Assembly: GCF_006345805.1 (NCBI RefSeq)
Contig: NW_021836595.1
Location: 1-24,262 of the forward strand
DNA from: Octopus sinensis
Taxonomy: Eukaryota
Reading direction: 5' to 3'
Length of the DNA stretch: 24,262 nt
Part shown: in pieces, positions 1 through 9,587 of the stretch
Position numbering within the stretch: the stretch's first letter is position 1
How the letters are laid out: each line of letters begins with the position of its first letter
Made by a program: the position numbers and the translations under genes
Notes under the pieces: generated by a model
What the model was told of the DNA's origin: nothing
Databases searched by the model: none
The model's input: only the letters and a program-made list of their open reading frames with translations

Positions 1-43
1 ATATGTATTGTATATATATATATAGTATATGTATATAGTATAT

Positions 44-74
<31 letters not shown>

Positions 75-115
75 GTATGTATTATGTATGTTATATTATT
101 ATATATTTTACTTTC
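1..115. repeat. Degenerate (TA)n microsatellite / AT-rich low complexity
   Basis: Visible TATATA runs interrupted by G. Confidence 0.9.
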
Positions 116-333
116 TATCAGTACTGAAATATAATGTATATGGTGTATATAAAAGTTAATAATGTTTTATAGTAACATAACAATGTAGATGCCCCTCCCC
201 CCAAATACATGTCGTAAGACGAATATTTACAGTAAACAATGGTTTCCAGGCCAGGTAACTAGTTGTTGAAATGTTAGATATTAGCAGCGGAACACGGCGT
301 GGCTCGGCTATTGCATCAATGTAACACTTATTC

Positions 334-507
334 ACTCTCTCTTTCTCCTTCTCTCTCTCTCTCTCTCTCACTCCTTCTCTCTATCTAGCTATCTATATCT
401 ATTTGTCTATCTTTGTATTTTTCTCATTCTCACTCACCTTTAACTCCTCTTACTCTCGCACACACTCACACAAAACATATAAACACACATACACACGTAC
501 GCACATA

Positions 508-544
<37 letters not shown>

Positions 545-552
545 ATACACAC
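334..552. repeat. (CT)n tract (about 334-372) and (CA)n tract (about 481-552)
   Basis: Direct reading; explains the HTHTHT ORF at 403-645. Confidence 0.9.
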
Positions 553-674
553 GCTCGTGTGATTGATTACACGGAACCCGAGAGATTATGGTGGGGGGGT
601 CTACGCCAGCGAGACTTGTATTATTTGGGAAAAGGTGACAGCTAAAGTAACGAAATATGGCCGTGCGAAGTGGA

Positions 675-712
675 GACTTCAACGTTTCGGACTTAGTCTT
701 TCATCAGAATTG
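675..712 (-). ncRNA. Degenerate hammerhead-ribozyme-like motif
   Basis: Minus strand reads CTGATGA (707-701), aa, GAC-taa-GTC, c, GAAA (688-685), CGTT. Core motifs are correctly spaced around a 3-bp stem II, but the stem II closing pair is an A-C mismatch and stem I pairing is poor. Confidence 0.35.
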
Positions 713-740
713 TGATGGCAGGAGGGGGGAGTAAAAATAG

Positions 741-1102
741 TTTTCTTTCTGGTCGAGTAACCCATCCTGCTCAAAAGGTCCCTGAATAAGGGTTGTTTAA
801 GGATGTTGAACGAAACACACATGTTTCCAGAAGTGAATTATTCAAACCCCAAAGAATCTCTCTCAACATATGGTTATGATGCTCCCCAACTACTTCTGCT
901 CATGATCAGAGATGCACTTATCGTCAGCCACTAAGGGACATGGTCAACTGGTTAAGGTCAGACAACTGACAAGCAAGTCTTTGGTATTGAGCAGAATATT
1001 TGCTGTAGTCCATCTTTTATACCAAGACAAAACAATGTACATGATAATACTTCCAATCAGTTAAGATCAGAAGCCACGAGATCCACTGTCTGGTACTGCA
1101 TC

Positions 1103-1104
<2 letters not shown>
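741..1104. mobile_element. Interspersed repeat family A, partial copy
   Basis: Aligns by eye along its whole length with about 15245-15609 (e.g. cccatcc..ctcaaa..gtccctgaa; gagcagaatatttgctgtag; ccaatcagttaagatcagaagcc; ggtactgcatcag). Orientation is ambiguous. Confidence 0.85.
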
Positions 1105-1142
<38 letters not shown>

Positions 1143-1163
1143 TATATTATTATTATTATTATT
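1105..1163. repeat. (ATT)n microsatellite
   Basis: Direct reading. Confidence 0.95.
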
Positions 1164-1165
1164 AA

Positions 1166-1282
1166 GGCGGTGAGCTGGCAGAATCGTTAGCACGCCGGTC
1201 AAAATGCTTAGCAGTATTTCGTCTGCCGCTTCTTTCTGAGATCAAATTCCGCCGAGGTCGACTTTGCCTTTCATCCTTTCGG
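1166..1282 (+). mobile_element. tRNA-derived SINE, family B, 3'-truncated
   Basis: ggcggtgagctggcagaatcgttagcacg head with A-box-like TGGCAGAATCG (1176-1186) and B-box-like GATCAAATTCC (1240-1250); matches many other copies in the window. Confidence 0.9.
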
Positions 1283-1599
1283 ATAAATCTGATGCAGGTA
1301 ACCTACAATGTCTGAACCACTTTGTATAATCAACATCCGGGGTTGGTGACCTGACATTTCGGAAGATGTACATTATTTCAGGGGGAGTTAACTATGATGG
1401 CACAACAATAAACAACCAATTTCAAAATGTTTCTTTCTTTTTAAAATATTAAATGGATCTCCGACGGTTTCGACGATGAGCATTCACTTGTTTGATTATT
1501 TCATTTAACATGGAAGTAGGTAAGTATACAGCCCACAGTCATCGCTGTTATCACGGATGCTGTCACTGCCCGAACCATCACAGTGGTCAGCTAACCATC

Positions 1600-2115
1600 A
1601 CTACAAAAGCAACCATCATCACCACCACTATCACCATCACAACCACCACCACTACCATCTCTACTACAATCTATTTTGGTACCCACCCGTTCATGCAATT
1701 CCTTCTGCCATCATAATCATCACCACCACCACCACCACAATTGACCCCTTCCCCCTCCACAATAACCTCCTCCCCATCACAATCATCCCTTCAATCATCA
1801 GAATACCCTCCTCATCATCACAATCACCCTCTCCCCCCATCATTATCATCCCCTCCCCGTCACAATGACCCTTCCCCATCGCAACCACCCCACCCCATCA
1901 CAACCACCTCTCCCCACCACAATCACCCCTCCCCACCACAACCACCCCTCTCCATCACAATCACCCCTCCCATCACAATCACCCCACACCATCACAACCA
2001 CCCCTCCCCCCCATCACAATCACCCCTCCCCCATCACAACCACCCCTCCCCCCCATCACAATCACACCTCCCCACCTCATTCACCACCGCTATCACCACC
2101 ACAACCTCCACCACT
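1600..2115. repeat. Degenerate (ACC/ATC)n tract grading into an 18-21-bp C-rich minisatellite (CCATCACAAYCACCCCTCCC)
   Basis: Unit repeated many times from about 1760 to 2075; source of the overlapping Pro/His/Thr ORFs. Confidence 0.85.
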
Positions 2116-2578
2116 GTAATCTCTGCCTCGAACGCCCTCAAGTAACATCACATACGCAACACCATTACACAATGTAGTAACGTACACGTACATATATATA
2201 AACAGACGTTCAAATACGCATTTAAAAACATACACACACGCACTCGCGAACACACGGAAATACAGACACGCGCACATCCACACACGCATTAACAAGCTCA
2301 CACACACACACACACAACACATAGACACGAGCACACAAACAATTTAATAGCAGCCATTCATTAAGCCGTCTCGTTTATGGTTACCTAAGTTGTCTCCCCT
2401 GAAATAATCTCTGTACCTTGCGAAGTTTTCCCCACATGCTCACACGCACAGACACACGCAATCACGCATTCACATACAAAGACTACACATCCACGTAAGT
2501 AAACACACGTAAACACATCTCCACATACCATGTACATGCACACGCACACACACCGACACTAATGCATCATACAAGGGT

Positions 2579-2718
<140 letters not shown>

Positions 2719-2970
2719 AGCGTGTGGCTTAGTGGTTAGAGTGTCAGCATCATGATCGTAAGATTGTGGTTTCAATTCCTGGACTGGGCGACGCGTTGTG
2801 TTCTTGAGCAAAACACTTCATTTCTCGTTGCTCCAGTCCACTCAGCTGGCAAAAATGAGTAACGCTGCGATGGACTGGCGTCCCGTCCAGCTGGTGAACA
2901 CATACGCCATTGAAACCGGAAAACGGGCCCATGAGCCTGGCTAGGCTTTAAAAGGGCGCATTTATTTTTT
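2719..2970 (+). mobile_element. tRNA-derived CORE-like SINE, head D with tail W
   Basis: A box TGGCTTAGTGG, B-box-like GTTTCAATTCC, then tgtgttcttgagcaaaacactt...cagctggcaaaaatgagt, which matches the head of the 21187-21511 copy. Different tail after 2860. Confidence 0.85.
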
Positions 2971-2971
2971 C

Positions 2972-3146
2972 AGGAGTGGCTGTGTGGTAAGTAGCTTGCT
3001 TACCAACCACATGGTTCTGGGTTCAGTCCCACTGCGTGGCATTTGGGCAAGTGTCTTCTGCTATAGCCCCGGGCCGACCAATGCCTTGTGAGCGGATTTG
3101 GTAGACGGAAACTGAAAGAAGCCTGTCGTATATATGTGTATATATA

Positions 3147-3189
<43 letters not shown>

Positions 3190-3419
3190 GTGTGTGTGTG
3201 TGCGGTGTGTTTGTGTGTCTGTGTTTGTCCCCCTAGCATTGCTTGACAACCGATGCTGGTGTGTTTACGTCCCCGTCACTTAGCGGTTCGGCAAAAGAGA
3301 CCGATCGAATAAGTACTGGGCTTACAAAGAAAAAGTCCCGGGGTCGATTTGCTCGACTAAAGGCGGTGCTCCAGCATGGCCGCAGTCAAATGACTGAAAC
3401 AAGTAAAAGAGTAAAAAAG
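2972..3419 (+). mobile_element. tRNA-derived SINE, family C, full length with internal (TA)n/(TG)n
   Basis: ggagtggctgtgtggtaagtagcttg head, GGTTCAGTCCC B-box-like motif, 3' CAGTC-aaat-GACTG stem and gtaaaaga tail; near-identical to 5814-6232 and 12334-12711. Confidence 0.92.
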
Positions 3420-3594
3420 TATATACTTTCATTTTTATTTTTTTGTTTTAGTCCATTTTTCTCTGCTAGCCCTTTCTGATACAAGCCCTTATTTCCTTTC
3501 CCAAGTAAAGGATAACATATTTTACTAATTCTATCGATCTAAAAAAATGTAAACAAACATAAGCTTACGCACACACACTTACACACTCACATAC

Positions 3595-3722
3595 ATACTC
3601 ATATATATATATATATATATAGATATAAATATATATATATATATATATATTATAGATATATGTATGCACATACATAGATGTACATAAATATGTATGCGTA
3701 TGTATGAGCGTCTCTATCTATC

Positions 3723-3790
<68 letters not shown>
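3595..3790. repeat. (AT)n and (CTAT)n microsatellites
   Basis: Direct reading. Confidence 0.9.
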
Positions 3791-3791
<1 letters not shown>

Positions 3792-3810
3792 CTTCATGTT
3801 AATCATATTA

Positions 3811-4041
3811 GTGAGTTCGATTCCCGGGTCGGGTTGTGCGATGTGTTCTTGAGCCAGGTACTTAATTTCACATTGTTCCACTTCATTCAGCCGTAGAAAT
3901 GAGTTCCGACGTCACTGGTGCCAAGCTGTATCGACCTTTGTCATGGACAACATCAGTGGCATGGAGAGGAGCGGTTGATATGCATGGGCGACTTCTATAA
4001 ACAACTTTACCCGGACTTGTGCCGTGGAGGGGAACTTTCTA

Positions 4042-4042
<1 letters not shown>
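3811..4042 (+). mobile_element. 5'-truncated SINE, D-type core with tail Y
   Basis: Starts at B box gtgagttcgattccc; core ends aaatgagt (3897-3904); tail aligns with the reverse complement of 21538-21728 (gacgtcac.ggtgccaagctgtat; gcatgggcgact; acaac.tt.cccggact). Confidence 0.8.
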
Positions 4043-4044
<2 letters not shown>

Positions 4045-4078
<34 letters not shown>

Positions 4079-4104
4079 CATACATACATACATACATACA
4101 TACA

Positions 4105-4139
<35 letters not shown>

Positions 4140-4140
4140 G
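4045..4140. repeat. (TA)n-(TACA)n compound microsatellite
   Basis: Direct reading. Confidence 0.95.
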
Positions 4141-4144
4141 TTGT

Positions 4145-4669
4145 GTATATATATGAGCATATATGGGTAGAGGACATCACCAACATTAAACAACATGAAA
4201 TACAAAAGCAAATGAGTTCAGTACGCAAAGAATGAGAGAAATAATTGGAAAACAGGACAAGTAACATAAAGAACGACCCTTCATCAGTTGTCGGCTGTCT
4301 ATCTATTCCTCATTTCCAGCATTGAAAGATAATAATAGTCTTCGATGACAGTTGCTCCCATAAGTACCGAAATAAATTTTGGGACCTATGGAGGGTCAAA
4401 GTTGGGGACAAAAACAGGACAATGGAGACATACAAGGAAACAGAATGAAAACAAACATGGAGGGTCGTTAGACGAGAATGAGGGTAAAACAGCGAACGCT
4501 GGAGAAATATTTTCTTTGACAAATAAAAAAATAGAAGAGAGAGAGAGAGAGGGGGGGATACGTGCTGTCCTTAAGACAGTCCTGAAAAAAGAAAGATGAT
4601 CACGCGAAGAAGAGAAAGATGGACGATGGTCACGTGTCAGCAACAAGAGAAAGAAACGGAGAAAGAGGA

Positions 4670-4670
<1 letters not shown>
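4145..4670. mobile_element. Probable (TA)n-flanked interspersed repeat, unclassified (possibly Penelope-related)
   Basis: Purine-rich block bounded by TA arrays on both sides; minus strand has gacagccgacaaCTGATGAagg. No second copy in the window, so classification is inference. Confidence 0.3.
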
Positions 4671-4700
<30 letters not shown>

Positions 4701-4965
4701 TGTGTATGCCCGCGCGCGCACGAACATACACAGATATACCCGTACATATGTTTGCAGAGGCGGACAGAGAGTGAAAAGAATTGTGTGACGTATGTCATGT
4801 GTGTATATGTGCGTTCGTGCCTCTGTGTATGTATGGGGGGTAATGTTTATGTACTTGTGTGTGTATGCCTGTGTGTGTACGTGTGTGCGTATTTACGTGC
4901 GTGCATGTGCGTGCATGTGTGTATGTGCGTGCGTGTTTATGGACGTATGCAAGTGTATGTGTTTA
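4670..4965. repeat. (TA)n tract followed by degenerate (GT)n tract
   Basis: Direct reading; explains the CVCV/VCVY ORFs. Confidence 0.85.
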
Positions 4966-5452
4966 TACAGATCACTCCTCATCATCCTCTCATCAGTAGA
5001 CATCGACCTGGTCTTTTCCCTTGTTATCGTTATATTAGATAACAGTGTATCACCCAGCTAGATTATATCATCTTTCTGCGCAATGGAGCACAAACATGTG
5101 TGCGTCTAATAACTAGATTAACTACACAAACTAATTAACTAATTAATCAACAAACCAACTATTTTAATTATTAGCATCTCTTTGCTTAGCTTACAGACAT
5201 GCCGTCGTCGATACGCCAAAAAATGTTATAAACATATATATATATACATACATATGTGTGTGTATGTATGTATATATATATCAAATATAACTGAATCCAA
5301 AACAACTGTACCATTTTTGTTGATTCATGTGTGTGTGTGTGTGTGTGTGTGTGTGGTGTATGCATGTATGTACATACACACACCTTTATATTTGTATCTG
5401 CTTACACAGTCACTCCTGGCTAAAACCCTACCTAGACCAGATATATACAAAC

Positions 5453-5453
<1 letters not shown>

Positions 5454-5518
<65 letters not shown>
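5454..5518. repeat. (AGAT)n tetranucleotide microsatellite
   Basis: Direct reading, near-perfect array. Confidence 0.95.
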
Positions 5519-5813
5519 CCGTATTTATGTTATCTCAGTTCTCAACAGGAAAGGCAAGGCGTTTACTTCTTTTCCCCGACCACATAGAATACTTCCGTTA
5601 TTTCACACGATACGCCAAGATATCTACGATGTGGTACAAGCTTGCCCTTCTCTACGTCAACAGCATTGACTGGTGTGCAATTCTCACCATATGGGAGGAA
5701 TGCACACTATTGAGCAATATTCTAAGGTGCTGGTACTTAGTTCAAATTACACTGAATCTAAGATATTAGAGACAGATGACTCTTCGGGAAAGATTCCTTC
5801 GTATCACTAATTA

Positions 5814-6035
5814 CACTTTTTTACTCTTTTACTTGTTACAGTCATTTGACTGCGGCCATGCTGGAGAACCGCCTTTAATCGAGCAACTCGACCCCGGGAC
5901 TTATTCCTTGTAAGCCCAGTACTTATTCTATCGGTCTCTTTTGCCGAACCGCTAAGTGACGGGGACGTGAACACACCAGCATCGGTTGTCAAGCGATGTT
6001 GGAGGGACAAACACAGACATACAAACATACACGCA

Positions 6036-6079
<44 letters not shown>

Positions 6080-6232
6080 TACGACGGGCTTCTTTCAGTT
6101 TCTGTCTACCAAATCCACTCACAAGGCTTTAGTCGGCCCGAGGCTATAGTAGAAGACACTTGCCCAAGGTGCCACGCAGTGGGACTGAACCCGGAACCGT
6201 GTGGTTGGTAAACAAGCTACTTACCACACTGC
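5814..6232 (-). mobile_element. tRNA-derived SINE, family C, near full length
   Basis: Reverse complement aligns with 2972-3419 and 12334-12711, including the internal (TA)n and the 3' tail. Confidence 0.92.
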
Positions 6233-6546
6233 GTAACAAAATTTTAATGTTTGTGTGTCTTTGGTCAGTAAGTGTTATTTGCTGTTTGCTTCTGTCTAGA
6301 AATCAAAGGAAATTATTATTGTTCCTTACAGACTTTTCTTTTGTGACTTGGATGTCTAGAAATCAAATAGGAAATAACAGTTGCTACCCAAGAACAAAAA
6401 TCGTGTTACACAGTGATATTAGCGACCGAGTTTCTCATGTGGTTTGTAGAAGCATGGAGTATGTTTCATGTAGTGTGTAGAAGCGATAAATCAAATCTAT
6501 CCTAGAAGGATGGTTAACTGGACCGAGATGGACTATACGTTTTTAT

Positions 6547-6858
6547 CACGTGATCACGTGACCGACCAGGCTAGCAGCCGTTGCTACAAATCGCTGTTCA
6601 CGATGCGCTTCGCATTGTTTTAGCCTTCAAATGACGTCACCCCGCTGGCTAAGCGAGCAGGCCAACAGAAGAAAGAGTGAGAGAAAGTTGTAGTGAAAGA
6701 GAACAGCAGGGATCGCCACCCCCACCCCCTGCCGGAGCCTCGTGGAGCTTTAGGTGTTTTCGCTCAATAAACACTCACAACGCCCGGTCTGGGAATCGAA
6801 ACCACGATCCTAGGACCGCGAGTCCGTTGCCCTAACCACTGGGCCATTGCGCCCCCAC
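6547..6858 (-). mobile_element. tRNA-derived SINE, head E with tail X, with TSD
   Basis: 6664-6858 matches the 5' half of 11325-11708; 6547-6663 is a different tail. 11-bp direct repeat TACGTTTTTAT at 6536-6546 and 6861-6871. Confidence 0.9.
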
Positions 6859-6898
6859 TGTACGTTTTTATATTCCTAGAATATGGAAAGAATAAAAT

Positions 6899-6963
6899 AA
6901 TGATGATGATGATGATAAAAACAACAACAACAACAATAATAATAATAATAATAATAATAATAA
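6899..6963. repeat. Compound trinucleotide (ATG)n-(AAC)n-(AAT)n
   Basis: Direct reading. Confidence 0.9.
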
Positions 6964-7720
6964 ACAAATGTCACAAAAAATTAAATAATGTCTTAGATGC
7001 ACTATTTTTGAGCATAGCACAGCACACATTAGATAATGCAGTCCTTAGAGGCACGATATCTGAATAAAAGATGGAGAGTCAAAGCTGGAAGGCTTTGGTG
7101 ATAAATGAACAAAATCAGAAATGAAGAGTGGCTAAATCGCAACAACTTCAACAGCAGCAGCACTACTACCACCACAACCGCCAAATTGAAAATGTATTGT
7201 AACAAGATTAGACATGTCACTGGGAAACTATCTACGTTCGTCTGATATCTTATTACTGAAATTATTCTTATATGCAGTGTAATCCACATTAATTATATGC
7301 TACACTAATCATTGTGTAATTAGTAACAACATCCATCACGTATTACATTCGTTTACAGTTTGTATGGTAAATGTTGTTGCTGTTGTTCTTTTTTTTTTTT
7401 TGTCTTAGGTCGATTCTGAACTATGAAGCCTTTCAGCAATTGTTTTCCCACCGTGACCCTTTTTTTCCAGGTTACGTCGTTTCCTGGAAATAGTATCCAA
7501 ATCTCACTCAAACCACACACTACAGTTTTAGAATTAGATAAAACAGACAATATTTTCCGAGGTACAATTTTCTTGGATAGAAAAAAAATGAAATGGTTAT
7601 TCGATTAAATACCTTAGATCAGAAGCCTTACTCATTATGACTAGGTAGTGGACGCATTTAGAAATCGAATCTAACTTTCTATCTAAAGTATACATTGATT
7701 TGGTGTGGATAAAGTGTTTC

Positions 7721-7943
7721 TTATTTCTTTATTGCCTACAAGGGGCTAAACACAGAGAGGACAAACAAGGACAGACAAACGGATTAAGTCGACCCCAGTT
7801 GGAAACTGGTACTTTATTTATCGACCCCGAAAGGATGAAAGGCAAAGTCGACCTCGGCGGAGTTTGAACTCAGAACGTAACGGCAGACGAAATACCGCAA
7901 AGCATTTCGTCCGGCGTGCTAACGATTCTGCCAGCTCGTCGCC
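7721..7943 (-). mobile_element. SINE family B, full length, long-tail variant
   Basis: Reverse complement reads ggcgacgagctggcagaatcgttagcacg...gttcaaactccgccgaggtcgac...tttgtctgtccttgtttgtcc...aataaagaaataa. Confidence 0.92.
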
Positions 7944-7958
7944 AAGTATATTGTATAT

Positions 7959-8169
7959 ATTTCTTTATTGCCCACAAAGGGCTAAACATAGAGGGGACAA
8001 ACAAGGACAGACAAAGGGATTAAGTCGATTAGATCGACCCCAGTACATAACTGGTACTTTATTCATCGACCCCCGAAAGGATGAAAGGCAAAGTCGACCT
8101 CGGCGGAATTTGAACTCAGAACGTAACGGCAGACAAAATACGGCTACGCATTTCGCTCGGCGTGCTAAC
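7959..8169 (-). mobile_element. SINE family B, long-tail variant, lacking about 20 nt of the 5' end
   Basis: Same sequence as the adjacent copy; stops at gttagcacgcc on the minus strand. Confidence 0.9.
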
Positions 8170-8345
8170 TGCGTAGCCGTATTTTGTCTGCCGTTACGTT
8201 CTGAGTTCAAATTCCGCCGAGGTCGACTTTGCTTTTCATCCTCTCGGGGTCGATAAATTAAGTACCAGTTGCGTACTGGTGTCGATCTAATCGACTGGTC
8301 CCCTCCCCCAAAATTTCTGGCCTTGTGCCTAGAGTAGAAAGGATT
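8170..8345 (+). mobile_element. SINE family B, short-tail variant, 5'-truncated, head-to-head with the previous copy
   Basis: tgcgtagccgtattttgtctgccgttacgttctgagttcaaattcc...cccctcccccaaaatttctggccttgtgcctagagtagaaaggatt. Confidence 0.9.
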
Positions 8346-8810
8346 TTTGTACTTCCACAATTTTTTGTGACATTTGCTTGGCTCGAACCTAACAACCAGA
8401 AACATCAGAATGTATCTACGGGATATTTGCTTTCTCTATTTTGCATATTCGAAAAAAAAGTTAAAAGTCAGCAACTCCTGATCACAAACTGAAACAGAAA
8501 AAAAATATGATTTTAGTTAAAATAAAAATATGGTTTCAGACATATGTAAAACGGTTATTCACAATAGTCTTCAAAAAAATATAATTTGGAGTTGTATGTG
8601 TAATCCAGTGACAGCTGATGATAGAGGAAAACTATTAACATTTTTGAAATCATAGCCCTAAATTTAGTATTAGACGAGGGGGGAGATCATGATAAACAAA
8701 CATTTTTGAAAAATTCAAGCTGTGCTATTTGTCACTCTCTCCAGAATTTGATTACTGCTCAATTATATTGTCAACAAACGTTTAGAAACTGACCCAGATA
8801 TATCGTTATT

Positions 8811-9187
8811 GGAAGCACTCCGTCGGTTACGACGACGAGGGTTCCGGTTGATCCGATCAACGGAACAGCCTGCTCGTGAAATTAACGTGTAAGTGGCTGA
8901 GCACTCCACAGACACGTGTACCCTTAACGTAGTTCTCGGGGATATTCAGCGTGACACAGAGAGTGACAAGGCTGGCCCTTTGAAATACAGGTACAACAGA
9001 AGCAGGAAGTAAGAGTGAGAGAAAGTTGTGGTGAAAGAGTACAGCAGGGATCAGCACCATCCCCTGCCGGAGCCTCGTGGAGCTTTAGGTGTTTTCGCTC
9101 AATAAACACTCACAACGCCCGGTCTGGGAATCGAAACCGCGATCCTACGACCTCTGCCCTAACCACTGGGCCATTGCGCCTCCTAAC
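8811..9187 (-). mobile_element. tRNA-derived SINE family E, full length, with TSD
   Basis: Reverse complement nearly identical to 11325-11708 except a short deletion in the anticodon-arm region; 9-bp direct repeat ATCGTTATT at 8802-8810 and 9188-9196. Confidence 0.93.
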
Positions 9188-9254
9188 ATCGTTATTATAA
9201 TTATAATAAAATAAATAAATTGTTCCTTCGATTGTCCGAATGAGTAGAGAGAGA

Positions 9255-9420
9255 GAGAGACGGCGAAAATGAATTGCAGTATTTAGTTATGTCACTTGGA
9301 TTCTCAGTTCGAATTTCGCCATGGCGATTTTGCTCTTTACTCTTTTGATGAGACGGAGGCGATGAAATAAAGGACAGACCAAGTACTGGAGGTCGATATA
9401 GTCAATTGTATTCTCCTTGA
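9255..9420 (+). mobile_element. Old, diverged SINE B copy
   Basis: ttctcagttcgaatttcgcc...gattttgc...aagtactggaggtcgatatagtc aligns with the B consensus seen elsewhere in the window. Confidence 0.6.
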
Positions 9421-9438
9421 ACAACCAAAGACAAAAAT

Positions 9439-9439
<1 letters not shown>

Positions 9440-9485
<46 letters not shown>
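9440..9485. repeat. (CA)n microsatellite
   Basis: Direct reading. Confidence 0.95.
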
Positions 9486-9487
<2 letters not shown>

Positions 9488-9540
9488 TATCTTGTGAGTG
9501 GAATGCTGTCTATGTTTATGAGTGTGTGTGCTTTTGTGTG

Positions 9541-9587
9541 TATCTTATCTTGTTTCAATCATTGGACTGCGGCCATGCTGGAACACC
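9541..9587 (-). mobile_element. Solo 3' end of SINE family C
   Basis: Reverse complement ggtgttccagcatggccgcagtccaatgattgaaacaagataagata. Confidence 0.8.

Noticed and set aside
1492-2145. Overlapping Pro/His/Thr/Ser ORFs resembling extensin or mucin
   Set aside because: Open in several frames at once because the C/A-rich minisatellite lacks stop codons; no splice or domain support.
4281-4385. Hammerhead candidates: minus-strand CTGATGA (4287-4281) and plus-strand tCGATGA...accGAAA (about 4342-4372)
   Set aside because: The first has no downstream GAAA or stem II; the second needs several mutations in core and stem II to fit.
5527-5800. 80-aa ORF and an alternative frame with DIYDVVQACP, vaguely like an integrase zinc-finger segment
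   Set aside because: The second Cys and upstream His residues are not in place, a stop follows, and no other LTR-element motifs are nearby.
7471-7561. Possible exon after a strong acceptor (ttttttccAG)
   Set aside because: Donor GTACAA is weak, the 30-aa peptide is unrecognisable, and such signals are common in AT-rich DNA.
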